Positions 42,252 to 50,967 of a stretch of DNA of 64,000 bases are shown here, piece by piece (the stretch's first letter is position 1; the number at the start of each line of letters is the position of its first letter). A program made the translations under genes and the position numbers. This DNA comes from an uncultured delta proteobacterium. Its GTDB lineage: Bacteria; Desulfobacterota; Binatia; UBA9968. The notes beneath the pieces are model-generated. The model worked only from the letters and a program-made list of their open reading frames with translations, ran no database searches and was not told the DNA's origin. The stretch lies in the NCBI GenBank assembly GCA_963804165.1, contig CAWDPO010000014.1, positions 32,001-96,000 on the forward strand. Direction: 5' to 3'.

Positions 42252-42522
42252 AAACGACAAAATGCGCAATCACTATGACTTTACCGGTGGAGTTCGCGGC
42301 AAGTACGCGCACAGGTACGCCGAAGGCACCAATGTGGTCGTGCTTGATCCCGACGTGGCGCGGTTGTTTCCTAATCGTCAGGCGGTAAATGAGACGCTGC
42401 GGGCGGTAGCCCAGATTGTTGAGATACAGGAGCGAAGGCAGGACGGCATTAAAAAGGCCGTCGCACGTGACCGCCGCACGGGCGTTGGTCGGAAAGATCG
42501 TGAGCGGTCTCGTTCGGGGTAG
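42232..42522 (+). CDS. BrnA-type antitoxin
   Basis: MRNHYDFTGGVRGKYAHRYAEGTNVVVLDPDVARLFP...VNETLR. Confidence 0.82.
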   Translation: MKKGTRRNDKMRNHYDFTGGVRGKYAHRYAEGTNVVVLDPDVARLFPNRQAVNETLRAVAQIVEIQERRQDGIKKAVARDRRTGVGRKDRERSRSG

Positions 42523-42591
42523 GCGGGTGATCAGCAGTGCTAGCCGAAATCAAGCAATAAAGACCGGTTATAACGGCTTCCTTTGTAAAAG

Positions 42592-42658
42592 CCTTTTTAT
42601 CGAGCGTGATGCTCATCGGTCTCACCGTCGCGATGATGCGGCTTTGCGATCCATGAGT
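42592..42658 (+). pseudogene. Selenoprotein gene fragment (copy 3, ends just after the TGA)
   Basis: ATGCTCATCGGTCTCACCGTCGCGATGATGCGGCTTTGCGATCCATGAGT matches copy 1. Confidence 0.85.
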
Positions 42659-42870
42659 ATGAGCCTTTACGGGAAACGCGAAACAGGAAACAACTGCGTC
42701 CCAATCCTTTGGCTCCCTGGGAATTGCGCGTCGGTTCGTTGCGGGTTTTCTATGAAGTAGATGCTGGGGAACCGGGCCTCGTGAATGTCCTCGCTATCGG
42801 AATCAAAAAAGGGAATCTCCTGATCATTGCAGGTAGGAAATACACATATGAAGGCAATGAAACTGCCTAA
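42658..42870 (+). pseudogene. 5'-truncated RelE/ParE-family toxin
   Basis: Manual translation YEPLRETRNRKQLRPNPLAPWELRVGSLRVFYEV...VNVLAIGIKKGN; no in-frame start upstream. Confidence 0.7.
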
Positions 42871-43148
42871 AAGAGATCCAATCATTTCTCGAGGTTGCGG
42901 AAACCGCGAAAGAAGACACGCTGGTCTTTACCAAGAAGAAACGACCGGTCGCTGCTCTGGTCTCTCTCCGAAAGGTGGACCGGGATTCGCTTGCGTTGAG
43001 TACCAATCCGCAGTTTTTGAGAATCATCGAGATCGCGAGAAAAGAATTTCGGGCGGGCAAAACGATTTCAATCGAGGCATTACAGAAAAAGTTTGGCGTA
43101 AGGATGCGGGCTTCGAGAAAAGCGCGCCGCGGCGCGGCCCCGCGTTAA
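42848..43148 (+). CDS. Phd/YefM-like antitoxin (apparent frameshift near 42870)
   Basis: MKAMKLPK / EIQSFLEVAETAKEDTLVFTKKKRPVAALVSL...SLALSTNPQFLRIIEIARKEFRAGKTIS. Confidence 0.68.
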
Positions 43149-43167
43149 CCGAGGTGTCCGATTCCGG

Positions 43168-43382
43168 CGACGTGCGGTCGAATGCCTGCTCGAACGCGAG
43201 AAGATGCTGATCGGTCTTACCGTCGCGACGATGCGGCTCTGCGATCCGTGAGTGGATAGGCGCCTTGCGGACGCAAGGAAAGCGGGGATGACGGAAGGAG
43301 AATTAGATGCTGCCGTCGATGTGATCGCCGCGGCGTGCTGCAGTCGCTAAATCAGCGGATCAAGCAGAGAAGCAAGACGTAA
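43168..43382 (+). pseudogene. Selenoprotein gene copy 4 (5' truncated, 10-nt deletion)
   Basis: TGA at 43249-51 with intact hairpin; GTGGATGCGG missing near 43332. Confidence 0.85.
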
Positions 43383-43451
43383 AGATTGGAGTCGAGGACT
43401 ACATCGGGACCATATGACAGAAGGTCTGTAGGTCATTGGTTAGGCATTGCT

Positions 43452-43889
43452 TTGGCGAGTACTGTAGAAATTCCATTTACCGGCGGTTGCGCGTGTGGCG
43501 CTATCCGCTACGAATGTCTCGCATCACCACTTCGAATGCTCAATTGCCATTGTCGCGATTGCCAAGTTGCGAGTGGAAGCGCGTTCTCGCCAACCTTGAT
43601 TATGGCAAGTAGCGCCGTGAAGGTGACGAAAGGCCAGCCCACACACTTTGAGAAGCTCGCCGAAAGCGGCAACACCGCGAAGCGTGCATTTTGTTCCGCC
43701 TGCGGCACGCCATTGTTTGCGTCGAGTTCGGCGGGGGCGGAATATGTTGGTGTAAGAGCGGCGAGCCTCGACGATCCCAGCTGGTTCAGGCCGGAGGCGA
43801 ACGTCTGGGTCGGAAGTGCCCAACCGTGGGATTGCCTCGATCCAACAATACCAAAATTCGAAAAGAATCGACCGCATGCCAAGCAGTGA
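43452..43889 (+). CDS. GFA family protein bounded by cassette-like GTTAGGC/GCCTAAC
   Basis: GGCACG, CHCRDCQ, FCSACGT; start uncertain. Confidence 0.85.
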   Translation: MASTVEIPFTGGCACGAIRYECLASPLRMLNCHCRDCQVASGSAFSPTLIMASSAVKVTKGQPTHFEKLAESGNTAKRAFCSACGTPLFASSSAGAEYVGVRAASLDDPSWFRPEANVWVGSAQPWDCLDPTIPKFEKNRPHAKQ

Positions 43890-43918
43890 GAAGGCAAGTG
43901 CCTAACACCTGATCCCAT

Positions 43919-43996
43919 GTCGATGTGATCACCGCGGTGGACGCGAGAGTGCTCCAGTCGTTAAACCGGCGGATTAAGCAAAGGAGCCAGATATAA
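43919..43996 (+). pseudogene. Selenoprotein gene copy 5 (3' end only)
   Basis: Translates as VDVITAVDARVLQSLNRRIKQRSQI*. Confidence 0.85.
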
Positions 43997-44204
43997 CTTC
44001 CGAAGCGGACGGCCAAAAAAGAAAAAATGTGATTCCGATCGAAAAGGTCCCCTCTCACCTCATTCCCCATAAGCCGCCATCTCTGGAGCCATCAACCTTG
44101 ACGTATAGTAAGAGAATGTATGACGCGCCATCAGAACCATGTCGATCAAAACCCTTCCGCCCAGCTCCCATGTCGCTCGTTGACGCAGCTGTTGCATTTC
44201 ACGC

Positions 44205-45731
44205 ATGGAATTCAAGCGCCTCGTTGCTGACATGACAGAGAATCCAGGGCGTGGAATCGTCCACGCGCGGTTTATTCACTATTTTCTCCTTCTCTTACCG
44301 ATGGGGTTGGCGGCGGCTCTCAGCTTCTATTCGATCGCTGACAAGAGCTTGTGGTTAGACGAAGCGTTCAGTGTAGCTCTGGCGCGCCTTGATTGGTCGG
44401 AAATGTGGCGAGTGATAACCGTCCGCGAGTCCAACATGGGACTCTACCACGTGTTGCTCCACTACTGGGTGCAGCTTGGCACCGGGGAATTTGCGGTCAG
44501 ATCCCTGTCGGCAATCACGGCAATCGTCTCGATTGCTCCTGTATATGCGATAGGCGCTCGCCTGTTCGGAGTAAACACGGGAATCATCGCCGCGTTATTG
44601 CTGGCGATGAACGCTTTCTTCATTCAATATGCCCAAGAGGCCAGAGGTTACGCTCTTGTTCTTCTGCTCTCAGCCGCCTCGGCATACCTCTTTCTTAAAG
44701 CGATCGATAAACCCTCTGTAAAGAGCTGGGGCGCTTATGCTGCAATTGGCGCTCTCTCCATTTATGCGCATTTCTTTGGCGCATGGGTCATAGCGGCGAA
44801 CTTTCTGTCCGGCTTAGCCGTCCGAGGGCTTGCACAAAAGAGGAATCTCGTCGTCAGCAACCTAGTTATCGCCCTTCTCGTCAGCCCTCTGCTTGTATCT
44901 ATCCTGGCCCCGCATGCTCATGATTCGCATCTCGGTTGGCTAGCGAAGCCATCGCTCCAGACATTCACTCGTTTTTTCAACGCGCTCACCGGTTATGGAG
45001 GCCCCGCCCTGGTCATCGTCCACTCCGTAGTCTGCGGCTTCGCTCTGCTCTCGGCATCGGCCCGGCAGCGAAGAGCCCACGGCAGTTTGATCACCTGGAA
45101 CTATGCTTTTTTATGCACTTGGCTTTTCCTGCCCGTGCTTGGGAGTTTTTTGCTCTCAATCGTATTCAAACCGATCTTCCACCCTCGATATCTGATCATT
45201 TCGCTGCCGCCACTTGTATTGATTGCGGCAGCGGGTGTGCAGAACCTGCGGCCGGCGTGGCTCAAACTCGCTACTGTGCTGTTGCTCTTGGTCCTTTCGA
45301 GCCGGGGTCTTGTGGCGTTGTATTCGGGGCGTTGTTGCCAGAAGGAGAACTGGAGAGCAGCCACCAAGTATGTGCTCGACAATAGCGTGGCCGGTGATGG
45401 TATGGTATTTCAAGCGCCGTACGCCCGGATAGCATTTGAATACTACTTGCAAGCGCTGGGTTCTCAATCCAGGGCCCTGCAACCAGTAGTACCATCAGAC
45501 CCTTGGGGGACACTCGATCTGACCAAGAGACGGTCCGAATGGCTGCATCGCAGCCCGCAAGAGGACCAACGGCTATGGCTCATTTTGGTTTACCAAAGTT
45601 TCGCAAAAGGACCGAGCCCCGGGATTTCCGGTTGGCTGCCGGCAAGCTTCCAAAGCCAGTACTGTTTTCGGGGAATGCAGTCTTTTCAATCGATTGAAGT
45701 GATTCAGTTCCAGCCTTGCTCACGGCCATAG
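44205..45731 (+). CDS. GT-C membrane glycosyltransferase (family 39/PMT-ArnT-like)
   Basis: SLWLDEAFS, YAQEARGYAL, many TM helices, ENWRAA. Confidence 0.82.
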   Translation: MEFKRLVADMTENPGRGIVHARFIHYFLLLLPMGLAAALSFYSIADKSLWLDEAFSVALARLDWSEMWRVITVRESNMGLYHVLLHYWVQLGTGEFAVRSLSAITAIVSIAPVYAIGARLFGVNTGIIAALLLAMNAFFIQYAQEARGYALVLLLSAASAYLFLKAIDKPSVKSWGAYAAIGALSIYAHFFGAWVIAANFLSGLAVRGLAQKRNLVVSNLVIALLVSPLLVSILAPHAHDSHLGWLAKPSLQTFTRFFNALTGYGGPALVIVHSVVCGFALLSASARQRRAHGSLITWNYAFLCTWLFLPVLGSFLLSIVFKPIFHPRYLIISLPPLVLIAAAGVQNLRPAWLKLATVLLLLVLSSRGLVALYSGRCCQKENWRAATKYVLDNSVAGDGMVFQAPYARIAFEYYLQALGSQSRALQPVVPSDPWGTLDLTKRRSEWLHRSPQEDQRLWLILVYQSFAKGPSPGISGWLPASFQSQYCFRGMQSFQSIEVIQFQPCSRP

Positions 45732-45767
45732 ATGTGGGAGACAAGGGGACGGGAACCTTTTGCCTTC

Positions 45768-45951
45768 CCGAGCAGGTGAAGATGATAACGGTCCGACCGT
45801 CACGATGCTGCGGCTCTGCGATCGTGAGTGGATAGGCGCCTTGCGGACGCGAGGAAAGCGGGGATGACGGAAGAAGAACTCGACGCCGTCGTGGACGCGG
45901 GAGTTTTGCAGTGGCTGAATCAGCGGATCAAACAGAGAAACCAAGACCTAA
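45768..45951 (+). pseudogene. Selenoprotein gene copy 6 (most degraded)
   Basis: CTCTGCGATCG-TGA(45825-27)-GTGGATAGGCGCCTTGCGGACGCGAGG; internal deletion of about 18 nt. Confidence 0.85.
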
Positions 45952-46971
45952 AGAATGGAGTGATGCAGTGTTGGAGTCATGGATTCGTTGTCGATTCGCT
46001 GTCGTAGCGATTAACTGCTGGTTTTTCGCATTCATTCTAGCTGTGACGCCGGCCTTAGCCCTAGACAAGCTGCGCATTTCCTACGCTTCTGTCACTGGCA
46101 ACACCGCTGGGATTACTTATATCGCCCAGCGCGCCGGGTTATTCGAGAAACAGGGGCTGGACGTTGAATTGATTCTGATCACCGGTGGGCCGGCGTCGAT
46201 CAGCGCTTTGTTGAACGCCGACGTTGATCTGGACATGCGCGCGCCGGTCGCGGCGCTGCAGGTGATGGCGCATGGAGTCAAGCTGACTTTTTTACTTTTT
46301 CAATCGAATACCCTCGAATACGACGTGGTGACACGGCCGGAGATCAAAGACATCAAGCAGCTTAAAGGCAAAAAAGTCGGCATCATCCGCTTCGGTGGCA
46401 TTTCCGAACTGATGGTGCGCTATCTGTTTCAAAAACTGGGCTTGGACGCGGACAAGGACATCGCCATTGTCCAGGTTGGCCAGGCACGCTTTGTCGCGAT
46501 GGAAAAGGGCGCCATCGACGCGACGGTTTTGCCTCCGCAGAGTCCGCCTATGCCAAGCGCAATGGCTTTCGCGTTCTCGACATGCCGACTCTGCCGTTTT
46601 TTGGCAGCACGATTGTCGCCGCGCCAGCTGTCGCGGCGAAGCGAGCCGATGTGATGACGCGGTACATGAAAGGCTATTTGGACGGGGTGCGGTTCTTTCT
46701 CAGCGAGCGAGAGCGGAGCAGCCAGTACCTCGCCGATCTGTTGCGCACGAAAGACCGCGATATGATCGATCTCGCGTACAGGAATCACCCGCAGCATCAG
46801 ATGGGCCGAAAGCCCTATCCGGACATGAACGCGGTCAAGGCGACGCTCGACATCATGAGCTCCCGCGATCCATTGGTGAAGAAACTCAAGGCGGAAGAGC
46901 TGTTCACCCTTGGCTATTTAAAGCAGCTCGATCAAAGCGGCTACATCGATCAATTGTATTCGGGTAAATAG
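45911..46971 (+). CDS. ABC transporter substrate-binding protein, NMT1 type (apparent frameshift near 46545; start uncertain)
   Basis: IAQRAGLFEKQGLDVE, LKGKKVGIIRFGG; ORFs 45911-46654 and 46582-46971 join. Confidence 0.78.
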
Positions 46972-47046
46972 AGAAGCGGGCGAAAAGGCACTACATGGGT
47001 TCGCCTGTGGCGAAAGCCGCGCAGTGTTTTACGGCTGCTCGTTTGA

Positions 47047-47649
47047 TCAGCTAATCGATTTCAACCATTCCTGCCATCGCTCCATGTCACGGAATAAGGG
47101 CAGCGAGTCCGTTGTCGCTTCACTTCGCACTAGCTCGAAGCGTTTTTTGAAAAGCTGCTCGGCTTCGGGCTCGGTAAGAGGAAACGGCGGACCCGACGAC
47201 GGCCTTTGTCCATACAAAAAGACACCGATCAGTCTGCCTCGGGGCAACAGAAGATCCGCCATTCTGGTTACATACTCGGGCCAGCGCGTGGGAGTCATCG
47301 AACAAAGAAATGTCCGTTCGTAGATGAGGTCGAATCGGCGCTCGCCGAAGTCGTGCGTAAAGAAGTCTCCCAGAACAATCCGTTCAGCTAGAGACCCGAG
47401 CACCCGTTTGGCTTGGTCGACAGCGGCGGGAGAAAAATCTATTGCTGAAACATCGTAGCCGGCGGCATGGAAAGCCTGAATCTCGTAGCCGGAGCCACAT
47501 CCCGGAATTAATACTCTGCCGGGAGCAGAAGATCTCTCAAGAAATAATTTCAAGGCCGATGGAACACCACCGAAGTCCCAGGGCGTCTTACCCGTGACGT
47601 AGCGGACCGTCCAGAAATCTGGCTGGTTATTATCGGAAGGATTGTCCAT
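47047..47649 (-). CDS. Thiopurine S-methyltransferase-like SAM methyltransferase
   Basis: FWTVRY...TPWDFG, VLIPGCGSG, YERTFLC, GPPF. Confidence 0.82.
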   Translation of the reverse strand: MDNPSDNNQPDFWTVRYVTGKTPWDFGGVPSALKLFLERSSAPGRVLIPGCGSGYEIQAFHAAGYDVSAIDFSPAAVDQAKRVLGSLAERIVLGDFFTHDFGERRFDLIYERTFLCSMTPTRWPEYVTRMADLLLPRGRLIGVFLYGQRPSSGPPFPLTEPEAEQLFKKRFELVRSEATTDSLPLFRDMERWQEWLKSIS

Positions 47650-47815
47650 AGTAGATGCCTTAAAAGCTAAGCGATGCGGTTGCCAAAGGCAACGAGTATT
47701 AATTGTCGCAATTGCCACTCATGTGTTAGGTATGCGGGCTGGAAGACTGGAGTGGTGGATTCGGAATTAGTACGGCTGCGACTCATTTCGAACCATGCCT
47801 GAAGAGGAGGGTCGG

Positions 47816-49501
47816 ATGAATACTAATCTTCGTCGAACGATTTTTCTGAGCTTGCTCTTCTGCCTGTTTTTCTCACCGGTACTTTGGGCGCAGACTCGGG
47901 CGATCGCGATTGTCGGCGGCACGTTGATCGACGGGACCGGGCGGGCGGCTGTCGAAGACGCGGTGGTTATTTTTCAAGGCGGGCGCATCCAGGACGTGGG
48001 CAAGCGCGGTGAGGTCGCGATTCCCCGCGGCGCTGAGGTGATCGATGCCAAGGGTAAGACGGTGTTGCCGGGGCTGATCGATGGGCATTGCCACTACTGG
48101 GAGTGGATCGGCGAGCTTCATCTCGCCTATGGTGTGACCACTTGCCCCGACATCAATAACAGTCCGACCGAATGGATCATCGCGCAGAAGGAAGGCATTC
48201 AAAAAGGCAAGATTCGCGGGCCGCGCTTGTGGATTTCCGGCCACGCGCTCGATGGGCCGCGGCCGCAGGGCATGCCGGAGCAACGCTGGCAGCGCGGCAG
48301 CATCATCGTGCGCACCGAAGACGAAGCGCGCAAAGCCGTCCAGGAACATGTCAACAAAGGCATGGATGGTTTCAAATTTCTCGAACGTCTCGCACCCAAC
48401 GTTGCCAAAGCCGCCGCTGAGGAGGCGCGCCGCTTAGGCAAACCGGTGATCGGCCATTCAATCAACATTTTCGACGCCGTCGATGCGGGTTATACTTCGG
48501 TGGAGCACTCGTGGGCGGTCATGTTCACGACGATCCGCGATGTTCAGAAGCGCGCGGAAGTCGACATGAACCGCATGACCGGCAAGGTGGGGACGGTCGA
48601 GGCGCACAGCAACATGGCGCCGGAGCAGTTCGACGAGATCGTCAAGGCGATGGTCGCCAAGGACGTCCATTGGAGCCCGGCTTGGGCGACGCAGTTTCGC
48701 GCGCTCTCGCCGCGCGCGGCGGATATGAAAAAGCGCGAGCTCGCGACGCTCAAAAATCCGCGCTTGAGTTACCTGCCGCCTTACAACTTGGAAGCGGTGG
48801 AAGGTTATTTCGCCGGCTACGAGAAGATGACCCAGGAAAGACGTGAAACCTTCGATAACGCCTACAAGATGGTTCAGGACTTTGCCCGTCGCTATGTCGC
48901 CGCCGGCGGCAAAATGCACTCCGGCTCGGATCCGGGAAGCTTGCTGCCGGCATACGGTGTACACGCCGAGTTCGAGCTTGCCATCGACGCAGGCTTGAGC
49001 CCGCTGGTGGCGATTCAATCGGCGAGTCTCAACGTCGCCAAGACTTGGGGCAAGGACAAAGACTTCGGCAGCGTCGAGAAAGGCAAAGTCGCGGATCTGG
49101 TGATCGTGCGCGGCGACGTCATGAGTGATATCAGCGCGACACAGAACGTCGAAAAAGTTTTCATGGACGGCAAGGCGGTCGATACTTCGTTCAACCCGAA
49201 CTATCGCAATCCGATTCCGCGGACGATTGCGGATCGCTACGTGACGAATCTGACTCAGCTCTCGCCCGCGATGCTGGTCGAAGGCAATACTGGCTCGGTT
49301 AAACTTACCGGTGTGAATTTTCGTCCGACGCACCAAGTGCTGATCAATGGCAAGAAAGTCGAGAGCCGGTTTGTCAGCGGCAGAGAATTGGAGCTCAAAG
49401 TGCCTTCCTTAAGGGCCGGAACTCACAAGATCATAGTGGTCGATCCTGGTATCCCGACCTCGGAGTCGGCCCCGGTTTATCTGGTCGTGTCGTTCAAGTA
49501 G
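47816..49501 (+). CDS. Secreted amidohydrolase with C-terminal IPT/TIG-like domain
   Basis: PGLIDGHCH, SVEH, GSD, GSVEKGKVADL; signal peptide. Confidence 0.85.
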   Translation: MNTNLRRTIFLSLLFCLFFSPVLWAQTRAIAIVGGTLIDGTGRAAVEDAVVIFQGGRIQDVGKRGEVAIPRGAEVIDAKGKTVLPGLIDGHCHYWEWIGELHLAYGVTTCPDINNSPTEWIIAQKEGIQKGKIRGPRLWISGHALDGPRPQGMPEQRWQRGSIIVRTEDEARKAVQEHVNKGMDGFKFLERLAPNVAKAAAEEARRLGKPVIGHSINIFDAVDAGYTSVEHSWAVMFTTIRDVQKRAEVDMNRMTGKVGTVEAHSNMAPEQFDEIVKAMVAKDVHWSPAWATQFRALSPRAADMKKRELATLKNPRLSYLPPYNLEAVEGYFAGYEKMTQERRETFDNAYKMVQDFARRYVAAGGKMHSGSDPGSLLPAYGVHAEFELAIDAGLSPLVAIQSASLNVAKTWGKDKDFGSVEKGKVADLVIVRGDVMSDISATQNVEKVFMDGKAVDTSFNPNYRNPIPRTIADRYVTNLTQLSPAMLVEGNTGSVKLTGVNFRPTHQVLINGKKVESRFVSGRELELKVPSLRAGTHKIIVVDPGIPTSESAPVYLVVSFK

Positions 49502-49517
49502 TCGGAGAGGGACGCAT

Positions 49518-50963
49518 ATGAACATTTCTCGGTTCGGCAGTCTAACGGGCGTTATCTTTGCCGCGGCATTCATCTCCGGGTGCACACTTGGGGCACAAAC
49601 CCGATCGCTTGTGATCCAAGGCGCGACCTTGATCGACGGCACGGGGCGGGCGGCGGTGACGGATTCGGTGATCGTGGTTCGCGACGGCAAGTTTCAAGCC
49701 GTCGGCAAGCGCGCGGACGTCACTATCCCCCAGGGAGCCGAAGTGATCGACGCCAAAGGCAAGACGGTTCTCCCGGGACTCATCGACGGCCACTGTCACT
49801 ACCGCGATTGGATGGGCGAGCTTTATCTCGCCTACGGCGTAGTGACTTGCCCGAACATTTCCAACAATCCTGTTGAATGGATAGTCGCGCAGCGCGAGGG
49901 CGTGAAAAACGGCAGCGTGCGCGGGCCGCGCATATGGGCGTCCGCAAACATCATCGATGGGCCGCCGCCGGAAGGCACCGGCACGCTCCGACGTCAGCGC
50001 ACCAGCATCATCGTCGATAGCGAAGAAGAAGCTCGCAAAGCGGTGCGCGATTTAGTGGAAAAGGGCGTCGACGGGATCAAGCTCTTCGAGCGGCTCAAAC
50101 CGCAGGTTGCAAAGGCGGCAGCGGATGAGGCGCACAAGCTCGGCCGGCCGGTGTTCGGACATACGCTCGATATTTTTACCGCGGCGGCAAACGGCTATCA
50201 GTCCGTCGAACATTCCTGGTCGGTGGTTTATACGTCGATCCAAGATCCAAAAAAGAAGCGCGAGCTGGATATTGGGCGCATGCTCAGAAAAGTCGACACT
50301 GACGAGGTTCACGCGTACATGGAGCCGGCGATGTTCGATAAGATCATCAAAGTCATGGTCGACAAGAACGTGCACTGGAGCACGACCTGGGGGACGTGGT
50401 TTCGGCCCGCGTCGACGTATGCGGACGAGATGAAGAAGCGTGAGCTGGCCTTGCTCAAGAATCCGCAACTCAAGTACTTGCCCGCGTACATTCTTAAGGA
50501 TACCGAGAGCTTTTTTTCTAGGTATGAGAAAATGGCGCCGGAAAAGCGCAATTCAGTTGTCTCAGGCTACAAGATGCTCCAGGAATTTGTCCGCAAGTTC
50601 GCTGGCGCAGGGGGGAAGATTCATACCGGCTCCGATCCCAATCATGTGGTGCCGGGTTACGCCATGCATGCGGAGCTGCAAATGCTTGTGGAGGCTGGAC
50701 TGACGCCGCTGCAGGCGATTCAAACCGCGAGCATCAACGTCGCTCAGGCTTGGGGCAAAGAGAAGGAATACGGCAGCGTCGAAAAGGGCAAAGTGGCGGA
50801 CTTTTTCATCGTCAATGGAGACCCGACAAAAAATATTTCGGATACGCAAAACGTCGAAATGGTTTTTATCGAAGGTAAGAAGATGGACACTGCGTTTCAC
50901 GCCGATTATAAGAATCCGATACCGCGGCCGATCGAAGATCGACCGGAAGGTGGTTCCGAGTAA
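49518..50963 (+). CDS. Secreted amidohydrolase (paralog of the upstream gene)
   Basis: Same motifs: PGLIDGHCH, SVEH, GSD, GSVEKGKVAD. Confidence 0.85.
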   Translation: MNISRFGSLTGVIFAAAFISGCTLGAQTRSLVIQGATLIDGTGRAAVTDSVIVVRDGKFQAVGKRADVTIPQGAEVIDAKGKTVLPGLIDGHCHYRDWMGELYLAYGVVTCPNISNNPVEWIVAQREGVKNGSVRGPRIWASANIIDGPPPEGTGTLRRQRTSIIVDSEEEARKAVRDLVEKGVDGIKLFERLKPQVAKAAADEAHKLGRPVFGHTLDIFTAAANGYQSVEHSWSVVYTSIQDPKKKRELDIGRMLRKVDTDEVHAYMEPAMFDKIIKVMVDKNVHWSTTWGTWFRPASTYADEMKKRELALLKNPQLKYLPAYILKDTESFFSRYEKMAPEKRNSVVSGYKMLQEFVRKFAGAGGKIHTGSDPNHVVPGYAMHAELQMLVEAGLTPLQAIQTASINVAQAWGKEKEYGSVEKGKVADFFIVNGDPTKNISDTQNVEMVFIEGKKMDTAFHADYKNPIPRPIEDRPEGGSE

Positions 50964-50967
50964 AGTC

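Noticed and set aside
35653-45951. CRISPR array interpretation of the recurring repeat
   Set aside because: The repeats are 65-300-nt protein-coding fragments separated by 0.5-5.7 kb, and no cas genes are present.
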